Assembly (NCBI GenBank): GCA_030765185.1
Contig: JAVCDE010000026.1
Location: 17,276 to 81,275, forward strand
DNA from: Candidatus Aceula meridiana
GTDB lineage: Bacteria > Omnitrophota > Gorgyraeia > Zapsychrales > Aceulaceae
Length of the DNA stretch: 64,000 nucleotides
Reading direction: 5' to 3'
Every line of letters begins with the position of its first letter. Within the stretch, counting starts at the first letter, position 1. Under the pieces are notes generated by a model, which saw only the letters and a program-made list of their open reading frames with translations, did no database searches and was not told where the DNA came from. A program made the translations under genes and the position numbers. This document shows, piece by piece, positions 1-12,000 of the stretch.

Positions 1-3000
1 GTAGAAAAACAACTTACTCTTTTAGACCAACTCGAAGCGATAAGGCGTCATATCTCAAGAACACTGGGTGAAGAGGTTGCTCTTAATCAGATCTTCAGCC
101 AGGTTGTTATTCCAGACTTATCTGCTAAGGCACGTGAATCTTTAAGAAATGACCCAGAGGGAAGCAGGGTTGAGATAAAAAGTAAAGCATTAGCTGAAAA
201 ATTAAGAAAAGCACTTGAGAAGGGTGAGGCACAAGTAAGCAAATACTTAGAAGGCGCACAGCCAGAGGTAACTGCGGAACATATTCAAATTTTGGAGTCT
301 CAAGGGATAGAAGTTCTTAAGGTTCCTGAAGACAAGATAACAGGAATTGATAAGAGAAAGCCTCTCTACGACAATGATTACTTAGCAACGCTTCTGCTTA
401 ATGTTGGGAAGATAACTGTGAAGAATACAGCGTCTTCCGGAAGTTTAATCAAAAAATCAACAACGCTGCTAACAACAAAGGAATTGAAGCGAATCGATAG
501 AAAGTATAAAGAAATTCTTGCTGTCTATAACGAGAAGGGCGAATTTCATGGCAACAAGAAGAGAGGGGAAATTTATAGCGAGGCAGGTAATTTTGTCAAA
601 ATAGCTGATGTTATTGCGTTCGGATCCAATGGTTTTGTTTTGCAGAGGAGAAGTAAGCCGCAATCTCCCGCAACATTGTCTGTCCACGGAGGGCATGTAG
701 AGCTTGGAGATTGTCCTGTTGAGGCCGCCGTCAGAGAAGTAGAGGAAGAAATCGGCATAGCGATAGACCCTTCTAGGTTGATCCAGGTGGGAGAAGGCGA
801 CTTGATGTTTAAGATGCTTGAAAATGATGCAGTAGAAAATCCTCATATTGATGAACAAGGGCGATATATTTCCAACTCGGGAGTGAAGGGAAGAATTGTT
901 AATCGATTTATGGCCGTTTATGTTTTATTTATGACGCGAGAAGAAATAGAGAAAGCAAAGCAATATGTCGCAAGTAGAAAGGCTAAAAATCTCAGCGATG
1001 TCGATGTCCGCAACGAAGTCAGTGAGATCGTTGAGAAGAATATAGAGGAGCTCATTGAGGATGTAGCGATTTCTCCAGCGGAGTATGCTACAGGTATTCG
1101 GTATTATTTAACGTGGCAGAGATCGTTAAGTCTTATTCAGAAAATCATTAAAGGCACGGAAACAGCAAGATTAATTAAAAAAGATATAAATTGTGATATT
1201 GCAAGACAAGCTGGAGAAGCGGAAGAGGCGTCCTCAAATATTTTATGTATATGCAATTCTAATTTTAATCGTAGTCCAGCGATAGAGCTAGTATTTGATT
1301 ATTTAATTAAAACAGCAGGCATGATTGACAAGCTGTTAGTTGATTCAGGGGCAGTAGAGCAGGAAAGCAAATTTGGCTGGGGAGGTGTTAACGAAACACT
1401 TGCTGATGCTTTTAGAGCGCAATTTAATGTTGAACCAAAGAGGATACTATCAGAACCGCTATCTTTAGAACAGATAAGAGAAGCCCATATTATTGTTATA
1501 GCAACAAATAAAATTAGACAGAAAGTACAGGGTAGATTTGCTGGTGAGTTAGGGAAGAAGAAGATATTTGTTATGGAAGAGCTAGAACAGCAGATGGACA
1601 TTGTTGAATTCAGAAATAGTCCAAACGATGATGCGTCAATTTTATTTAAATATTGCCAGATTATTGATGCGATGATTTGGCCTTTGATCATTCAGTCGCA
1701 GCAGAAACCAGGGGTATTGTCAAATGAAGATCTTGCGATAAAGGTTAAGCGCGATCGTTTATTATTGTATTTGAAGAAAACACCGTTAAAGGAGGAATTA
1801 GCTGTTTCTGAATTATCAAAAAGATTTGATATTCATGAAAATGTGATAAGAGCAATGATTCGCGAGAATTTTAAGTATCCAGAGAGCTCAGACTCTTATT
1901 TGGATGTACTGACTGAGGGTGGCAAATCAACAGATAAGGTTAAATTATTTACTGCTATCCATAGGGATGGGGATTGGCATTTAGGGATACAGGTTATACT
2001 GATAACTTCTGAAGGAGAATTCGTATTATTCAAACGCCCTAGCGGGAAATTTGGGTTTATTGGTGGACATGTTGATGTTGGAGAGGAATCAAAAGTAGCA
2101 GGAATACGAGAAACGATAGAAGAAACTTCGCTTACGGTTGTTGATCAAAAAAGGATCATTCGTGTTGGAAGATTTAAAAAGGAAGGAATTCTTGGTATCG
2201 CGGGAATTAAGCTTAATGATTTCTCAGAATTTCCAACAGTTAATATTTCGCTTAAGGGTACGGAAAAGAATGTCGATCTTGAGGATATTTATGTTTATAT
2301 GCTGAACAGAAAAGAATATAGACAATTGCAGAAGATGGCTGATGAACAAGATGCTTTGAAAGTTAGTGAAGGGGAGCTTTCTGGATTAACAACCGAGTCT
2401 TTTGAAGAAATAAGCGATGGGCTGCAGCATAGAGCTGAAAGATATTCTATTGGCAGTCAGATGGTTTTTAAGGTTGCTTCTATAAAGAAAGGTTTAAAAG
2501 ATATAGCAGGGGCACTTGTTCAGAAGGAAATTATTAATAAAGATAGAAAATCAAACGAAGATTTCTCATCGTCAATTAATAATTTAGAGAAAAATTCCGT
2601 AGGATATACAAGATTAATGCAGAAGTTCTGGTCTTTGTTTACTAATAGCATTAAGGACGGGATTTCTAAGGAAGATCTAGCCTTCTTTAAAACAAGACGT
2701 AATCTAGAAACAGGTAAGTTGATTAATATATATTGTGCTTCTTATTCTTTTTGGATTGATGCAAAAACAGAAATTGGTATTAAATTATCAGATTTCCAGA
2801 AAAAGATGATGAAGGTGCTTCCAGCTGATTTGCAAAATAAGATAGTCTTATTTAAAAATTTTCATATAACGATTGCGGTGCCACTACGCGACATAGATAG
2901 TCCTTATTCAGAAGAAACAATTAATTTTATTGCTAATGATTTAGATGGGATTGCCTCAGAAGTAAAGAGTACTGAGTTTGACATCGTAGGATTAAATGCA

Positions 3001-6000
3001 TTTCCGGGAGGCATCTTATTTGCTCAAGCTTATCCTGTTTATGATAATAATGGAGAATTTGAATTGGATAAATTCGAAGAGGCAGTGAACCAGAGAAGCC
3101 CGCATGCTTTGCATTACGAGTCAAATGTCTTTCACATAACGCTTGGTTTCTTAAAAGATAAATTAACACCCAAGCAATCAGCAGAATTTGTTGATTCTTT
3201 AGCTAAATTGCGCACTTCTCCGATAGGTAAATTAAGAGTAACCGAAATGCAGCTTGATTATTACAACAATTTACTTATTCCGGAAAAAATATTAAAGAAA
3301 TATTCGTTATCGTCATCAGGTATTAGAGAAAACAGCAAAAACTTCAAACCGTTTGAGAAAATCACGGAAGACGCAGTAACGATTGATGTCCTTTATCAAA
3401 GACCGGGTCAAAACTTTCAGCAAGTGCCCCAGGTAAAAATACCTTCTTATAAGGATACTAAGAATGGGAAATTATCGTCAGCTACTGAAGCTCTAGGCAG
3501 AGAAGGATATTCAAGAGATGAAGAATTCTTAACACAGAAAAGCAAGAACGCGGAGTCGACAGAGGAAAGATCCAGGCAAGAGCCGTTGTCTTCATCTCGA
3601 GGCAATTCACCGGTTGAGTCTGCGCCGAATATGCCTATCTCAACACCGGTTAAAATCAATGCGCCTATAACGCCGATACTGCTTATGCCATCTGTGGTAT
3701 CTAGCGCAGCATTCTTGTTGAGCCGAAACGCAAAGAACGGTAAAGCAGATATGCCGATAGGCATTTTAGGAAATGGTCTTGCCGAATGGTTCGCTGAAAA
3801 TAATAACAGTGCACCAAACGTAATCAGAAATAAAAATATTGATAAAAACGAGCCGTTGTCAGTTGCTTTTTCCTCCCGTGGCGGGATATTAAGCAGATTT
3901 AAAAAGACAGCGGCTCTTCTATTTATACGGGCGGCTCTTCTTTCTATAGAAAAGCTAGCACAAAAGCCGTTGTCAGTTGCTTTTTCCTCCCGTGGCGGGA
4001 TATTAAGCAGCTTTAAAAAGACAACGGCTTTTTTATTTATAAGGGCGACTCTTCTTTTCATAGAAAAGTTAGCACAAAAGCCGCTGTCAAGACAGCTCTC
4101 CTCCCGTGGCGGGAACGAGCTTGAGGCAGCGGCATCTTCTATTGTTCAAAAAACAATCATTGTTGCCTCAATCATCCTTTCTTTAATCTTCTTGACCCCG
4201 ACTGCAACGCCAGCACAGGCACAAACAGAAAGCTATTCTATCGAAAACGTTGACTATTTAACTGAAGCAGATGAACAAAAACTTTCTGTGGCTATTAGCG
4301 AAATAGGGTATCCGCAAGATTTTCAAGAATTTTATGCTGCTGGCTTTGAGCAAGTTCTTGCCGATATCGATGCTTATGAATTAGGTCGTAGATGGCAAGA
4401 GTCTGATATCGATGGCTATAAAGATATTATGAAAGATTTCCGAAAGCGCATGCGCAAGAATGATTACTTCCAAAGAACCTATCCTTTAAGCAATAAGCCT
4501 CGCAATCCGTTTGTACAAAAATGGGCAAATGCTTTGCGTCTAGAGGAAGGACATATCTTTGATGTTGTCAAAGCCACTGAACTCGGGCGTGTAGACCAGA
4601 CTGAACAATTTAAAGATTATCGACTTCATAGATGGCAGAATCATGTTCTCTATTTTATGTTGAAAGTGTGGGGCATCGACTTTGATGTCGTAGCAACAGA
4701 GAAATATTATGTTTACCTTATTGAGCGAGATCGAACAAAAGATACTCTTGCCCCAGAGCTAACGCATCTTTATCTTGATGGCTACGAGGGGGTTTTAGGC
4801 GCAGTGAACCTAGAAGACGAAGTCTATACTCTTAAGGGGCAGCAATGGATAAGCGATATTACTGTTTCAAAAAAGACCTTTTGCGAGAATACAGCCATGC
4901 TTGCTACGCCACCACTTAGAGGTTTCTTTTTTACTCCATATTATTTTCATTATGGCCAGAACGAATCTGACTTCTTAAAAGCAGACATGTATTTCGGTTA
5001 TGCGTTTGCTTATCTTAATGCTGAGAAATATAGTAAAGGAATTGAATATCTTACTCGAGGACTTAGACTAAATCCGTTTGTCAAAGATCGGTGGATTGAG
5101 CTTGCACGTATTTATCGATATTTAGCATGGCTAAAGACGAGAGGAAAATATCAAACTCAAGAGTCCTCAGAGTCTTTATATAAAAAAGCTGCTGCAGCTT
5201 ATAACGAAGCCATTGAGCTTGATCCATATGACTTAACAAAAGTTTTTGAATTAGCAGAAGACGTTTATTTAGAAATAGGGGAGATTGAAAAAGCAGAAGA
5301 ATGTTTTGCTAAAGCGATCATGCTCGATATGCGCGTTAAATATCGGATGGAGCGGTTAGTTAAAAAAGCGGAGAAAGATCAAAAGAAAAAAGACCAAAAG
5401 GTGAATAATAAGGCTTCATCGAATAATGAAACAAAGTTAAATCTACTTCAAGCTTTCATTAATAGCGAGGATGTTTCAAAGTTCCTCCCTCTCAAGCTTC
5501 GAAACATTGAACAAAGAAGTAACAGCGGCATCATCTCCAGCGCCTGTGAATCGCTTTCTTTGGCAATTTCAAAAGAAAAAAATAAATCTTCATCGAATTC
5601 AATTTTAAAAACTGATGTTATAATAAATTTAAACACGTCAAGCTGGGGAGATTTACCAGACCGTCTTACCTCGTCCGTGGCTGGTGGGGGGCGGTTTACC
5701 CCGGCTTGGCGTGTTTCTTCTTCAGCGGCCTCAAGTGCGCAAAACGCTAGAAAATTCAACAAAGAACTTGAGATTTTTTGGGATATTTATCAAGCACTTA
5801 TTAGAGCTGCACTAAAAACGAATAATCATATTTTGACCCGCCAAGAGATACGAGGATTTATTAACCATTATATCCTTGTTATCGATAAGGACAGAGACCT
5901 TGCTTCTGAATTTCTAAAAATTTTAGATATTATGGATTTTCGCCCGCCTCAGCTGTGGGATGCCTATCCGCCGGCTTGCCCTAAGGTTGAAAAACGTTTT

Positions 6001-9000
6001 TATGAATCTTTAATTATCAGGAATCCAGCGCCCTTTGTGGAAAAAGGAAAGTTAGATTTTAGCGCGGTCCTTGATTTACCTGAAGGAAGAAAAATTAGCC
6101 AGGATGAATATCATTTTCTTTCAAAGCTTCGTGGTGAAAGAAACAGCCTTTTGGTGGATCCTATTTTTATTGTTGCCCGCATTGAAAGACAGTGGGCGCT
6201 CTATAATCTGCAAGGCATGATTTGCAAGGAGGTTTTTAAAGAAAATCAAAAGACGGGAACTTTTAAAATTTTGCGAAACTCAAGATTTTTAAACGTTTTC
6301 GATACATGTTATTTTAAAAATCAGAACAGCCATCTGAATTTTGAGGCTTTACCAAATCTTTTTAGTTCGGGACAAGAAGTTCATCAAGAGATTTTCTTAT
6401 CAATGCGAAAACACCATCAGAAAGAGCTATCGTTCACTGAACTTTTATCTAATTATTTCTTAAAACCTTTTATTTTATCTCAAATTTATTTGTTTAGAAA
6501 CATTTTTGATATTCCCATTAAGCCAAAAAAGAAGATGGAAAAAGCCCTAAAAGAAATCAAGGCATCTTCAAATGCAAAAAACAACAAGATTTTTTCTCCA
6601 AAAGATATTATTCAAGCAATTAAGGAAACTGAAGAAGTTCTTCGGGAGATTTCTCGTTTTAAGGCGGTAAGGATTTCAGAGCCTAGGGCTTTTGGACTCT
6701 TAGGAGCAAAACTTAAAAGTGCAGGCCTTCAGACGGCATTGACCTTACAGATTCTCACAACTTATAGAGAAGACATCGAAAATAGCAAGAGGACGCCTAC
6801 TCAAAGCTTCTTTAAACGCATTCAATCTTTAAAATTTCGGGCTCAACATGAACTACAGTGGCGTGAAGGAAAGATAGATGACGCTTTTGAGTCCTTGCTT
6901 AGCGCTTTAGCTCTAGCTGTTGAAGTAGAAACACAGGAAGTTGTTGATGAGATGTTTCAAGAACTTCTAAATAAAATTATTGTTGAGGGCAAAGGGCAAA
7001 GCGAGGAGTTGATGCGTAGAAGGACTCAAATATTTTACGACGCTATTATTGCAGGAGAAGATAAAGATTTTAACGAAAAAGTCCTTCTTCGAGCATTAAC
7101 GGATCTAAGAAAGATTATATACACAGCAGCGATTAGTCAAAGCCAGAGTGCGATTAACCGGGTTATTCGGTTTGGACTTGTGCTTTTTATCGCTCAGAAA
7201 GAAATTAACCTTTTTGAAAAGAGCGTTGTCGATTCAAACAACATTGAAATACAAAAAGATGTTGCTGGGGCTTATGAAAACAGCGCCCGCGCTTTAATAG
7301 AGCTTGATGCAGATATCAAAGATCTTCAAAAGGCAGAGCAATATATCCAAAAAGCAGTTAAGTTGCAGCCTGAAGAAGATGCCTATAAATGCTATCTTAA
7401 CAATGTGTATCTTAAGCAGACGATTCACTATATTAACGAAGGGGAGCTTATCAAAGCTGAGAAGGCTTTTGAAAAAGCTGTTGCCGATGATTTAATTGAT
7501 GCCCTTGAGCGTCAAGATCTTGAAACAATCGGTATTGATCTATATTTAGGGGTTATTTATCTTCTTCAGGGAAAATCCATAGCTGAAATCGATGGCACCT
7601 TTGCGGAGGCTTTTGAGGCAACAGATGTTTCTATCTTGCTGAGTTATTCTGAGCGCTTAGAGTCTCGTGAAAAATTTCTGACATATCTTTCTGAAGCCAT
7701 TCAAAGAGATTTGTCCGTTGAAGCAAAAACTGCGATGGCAGAATTCTTAAAGAAAACAAGTTATTCTATAGGAGGAGCGATTATGGCCTTTCGCAAAAAG
7801 ATTAAAAATCTTTTCGCGAAAGGAAAATATGAAGAGGCAAAGGAGCATCTTACGGTTTATTTTAGCTTAGTTAGCCAAGACGCAGCGTTAAAGGATCTTG
7901 GGATAAAGATTGATAAAATTATAACAATATTGGCTAGGGCAAAAATTTCTGAGGGTTCAGAGAATGTGTCAAAGGTATTGGCTGAGTACGAGAAAGTATT
8001 GGCTATTAATCCTGCAGATGAAAATCTTGTTGAGAAGATTGCACAAATTAAAAAGAAAGAAATTGAGAGAATTGCACAGATTAAGGAGCAAGAAGAAAAA
8101 GACCAAAGAGAAGCTAAAAAAATTAATACGATTGGGATGCATTTAAGGAATGCCGGCAATCAGATTGCAGCTAAGAAATTTGACCGTGCTCAAAAGAATC
8201 TAGAAAAAGCTAGAGAGGTAATCGATAGTTTAGAAGAGCCGCAGGAGTCTTTATCTTTGCTATGGAAGAAAATTAGCGATGATCTTACGCGCAACAGAAA
8301 AGCTCCTAAGACAGTAGAGAAAGAGGTTGTAGGCGAGACTGGAAAGAGAAAGAAGCCTAGCCTTATTGTTGCTCCGAGTAACGAAGAAACCAAAACCAAC
8401 AAAGAGGAAACGACTCATCAGAAAATCAACGTTTATGCCATTGGAGCGGTCCGCACCTTATTAAAAGGAAAGGAAGAGCAAGAACAAAAAAGAATTTGGC
8501 AGGCGGTTTATTTCGAGAGAGACTTAAAGCCGGTTGAAGGGGCGAGCTTCAGTCTTTACACTGTCCGGTTTGGTAGTGTAAGAATTTTAATTATTCCACG
8601 AGAGGTAAACAAAAAAAGGAAAAGCTGGATTATTGCCGCAGTTGTTAACCGTGCAATATTAAACAATACAGCTAAATATGGGAAGATTATTTCAAATATC
8701 GGAAAGAGATGGGATGTTTATCAAAAAGATGCACGCCTTATTAAGCCTAAAAAAGACTGGGGATCTTCCTCTGCATCAATAGTTCAGGATAAAATAATTT
8801 GGATAGCAACCTATCAACAGATGGCTTCTTCTTTAGGAAGCGCGCAAATTAAAGATCAAGTTCAGGATATTGATTTTTCTTCTAATTTTTTAAACGCAGA
8901 TTGCCTTCTTTGTCAGTCTCTTGATAAGCAGGGGGCTGTCTTTTTTGCGGTTTGTGATAAAAGGATTATTGGGTATGTTATTTTAAAAGAAACAGGATTT

Positions 9001-12000
9001 ATTCCTCGCATCGCTGTCCATGAAGATTTTCATAGGCAGCATGTTGGAGCACAACTTTTTGAGTCCTGCAAAAAAAGAGCTTTAGAGCAAGGGATAAGAT
9101 CTCTTTTTCTGGATTTTTATAATCTAAACAACGCGTGTGGAAAAAGAAGAAAAGCTTTTTTTGAATCTTTAGGGATGAGCATATCCTCACTTAGTAAAAA
9201 GCAGTATCTTTTTCGGGCAAAGTATGAATTAAAGATTTCTTCAGGTGCACGTCTTATTAATCCTAAGAAAGCCTGGGTGTCTTCTGCAGCTAAAGCGCGT
9301 TCTCTACCCTTAGGAAGAAAAAGCTCAAGCTCTATATACCTTATAAACCTTTTAGGCGTAAGCCATGATACTTTGGCAAACACAGAGAATTTCTGGAACA
9401 AGATTGTTACGCTTCTCAAAGAGGACGGGGTCGCACCTGAGAAAATTAGTATTCTTAACAATTTATATGAACATATAAAAGGTTTTTATCAAGCTGATGA
9501 CATTATCTCGCACGGATATCATTGTTTATTGCATAGCTTAGAGGTTGCAGTAGATGGCTACATCGCTGGAAAAAATAAAGGTTATACTAAAGAAGAAAGA
9601 TTAGAACTTCTTGTAAGCGGGATTTTGCACGATCTTGACCCTCGCAACGGAGTCTTTAGAATTCCTAGGGTTGTAAACACAGTTGCATTTTTAGAGAGTG
9701 ACAAAATTATTCAAGGATACATCGAAGACTTAGAATTATCTTTTGAGAAAGTTATTATCAATATTCTTCGCACACATTATCCTTGGAAAGAGGGTGCGCC
9801 ACTTAAATTTATTCAAAGACTTAACAAGAGTATTAAGGGAGACGAAAAAAGAAGTCGGCAAAAAGAGATTGCTGAAACTTTGGCTCTTATAGACAAAGTT
9901 GCGGTTTACGCGCGACTTAATCCTTTGGTCGCTGAATATCGCGTGCGTCAATTAGCTAAAGAAACAAAATGCAATGCGGATGAGTTGGTTAAAAATACAT
10001 TGTTATTTTTAGAAAAAGAAATGAAAGATTTTGATGCAATGTTAGGCAATTTTTTACCATCAGAATTCACAAAGAATTTTGGTAAAACGAAAGCACATTT
10101 TGAGAAAAGAAGAGAAGAGCTATCCTCTTCAACGATTCGGCCTTCCAAAAGTTTTTCAGTTCCTAAAGCCAATTTCAAAAGGGTTGTTAAAAAAGCACAG
10201 ACTGTCTCATCTACCATTAAGGTTAAAGTTGATGAACAAGTCTCAAAGAGAGCAGAAACTCTTCATCTAGAAAAGACTTTGCACGAGGCGATTAAGCATA
10301 TTGAAGATTCTACTGGAACAATTATTCAATTAGGCTGGAAGCATTTGAATCTAGGCCTTTCCAAGAAAATAATAAAAATGGTTAGCATGCGTCAGCTTCT
10401 TTATAATCAGTATAATTTTTTACATTTTGTTTTGCCAGATGATTCTATTTGTTTGATTGAAATGGTTAACGTTCATGCTGATTGGTGGGATCATCAATGG
10501 AGGAAAAGCTTGAAGTGTTCTATTGAGCGTGCCTTAAAGCCTTTTATTGAGGATCAAAAAGGCAAGGATCAAAAAGGAAAAGAAAGACCTGTGGATATAC
10601 TAGAAGAGTTTGTGAAACAAAATCTTGAGAATATGAGCCTTGTAAATCTTAAAAACAGTCGTAGGCCTTTTGTGGTAGTTAATTTTCCTGTTGATTCTAT
10701 AGTTTCGCTAAAGAAGCTTCTTGCGAAAGATGGCGTGAGATTTCAGGACGCTGAAGATGATGATCAATTTGATGTTTGTTCGAAAGAAAGGCCTCACTGT
10801 CGTGTCGGAATCGATAGAGGCAAAAAGACAGTAATTTTTTCGCCTTCATTCTTTAAGGGTAAATCGGCGCCTTTCGATGTTTGGTTTACTACTAACTTGA
10901 TAAACGAATTTCTAGAAAAAAAGAAAGCCGTAGAAAAGAAAGAAAAATCTTTTCCAGGAAAAGGAAAGGCGTCGTCCACCGCCTTTCGAGCAGAAAAAAC
11001 AGAAAGCAAGGACAGGATTAATTTAGAGGACGTGGTTTTAAAAGATTATTTAAAGAACCATTCTAAAACCGAATTAAAGAAGGTCTTACAAGAGATAAAT
11101 TATGAGGCTTATATGGATTGGGAATTATTAATCACTGATTGGATTGAGGAAGAAGATGCGGCAGTAGACTACGGGGAAGGCAGTATTGTTTTTGCGCGGA
11201 AAAATGGAAAAGAGGTGGGATATTTTTTAAGACGAGGAAATAAATTTTCTTTTATGGCTGTCCGAGAAAATGAACGTGGCAATCGTATTGGGCCGGACAT
11301 GTTTATTTATGCATTGAACAAAGCAAAAGCCGATGGTTTTTCTATCGTTACATTTGATGTTGAATACACCAATGAGGAGCAATTACGGTCACTTGATCGA
11401 CTAAAGAAAGAAAAGAAGATATCTTTTCAAAAACAATATTTTTCTCGGGTTTTCATCTACACCGCTCGCCTTGTTTCCTCCTCAGCCAAGAGTAAAAAAG
11501 GCAAAGTGTCGTCTATTAAAGCTTGTGCAAGCTCATTAATTTTAACAGAACAAGATCTAAGGTTATCAAGGCAGCATGGACTTGGTATTCGTTACGTTAG
11601 CCCTGTTGGCGGAGAAATTGTTGAGGAAAATAAGCGCGTTGTTAATATTCTAAATCGTGAATATCCAAATTATCTTGATGAAAAGATTAATTTTATTGTT
11701 TTAACAGAGCAAAGAGCTAAAAAGTTTTCTTTAGATTCTAAAGAAATTAGAGTTGCTTTTAGTGGTCACCCGTCTCATGGCAGACAGCTATTTTATCCAT
11801 TAAGAAATAAGATAGATGATATTTATTTATATTTAGGCGCTAAGGGATGTGGTGATTTAGTTTCTAAATGCTTAACGCATTCTATCTCAAGATACAGGAA
11901 CAATGGACTAGCTTATTTAGATGATTTTCAGAATGCACAAGTTTTTACGGATATTCTTAGAATGAAAGGTGCTCGCGTTCCTTTGCATGTCGCGGCATGT

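Noticed and set aside
292-294. TTG start of the 8079-aa ORF given in the track
   Set aside because: The frame is open from base 1 and there is no SD or promoter; the true start lies upstream of the window.
3447-4061. 204-aa hydrophobic minus-strand ORF overlapping the giant gene (possible antisense membrane protein)
   Set aside because: The equivalent frame in the related copy near 13015 hits a TGA stop, and long antisense shadows are common throughout this gene.
3851-4115. Possible CRISPR-like array
   Set aside because: The 114-bp units are wholly repeated and in frame, there are no unique spacers, and no cas genes are present.
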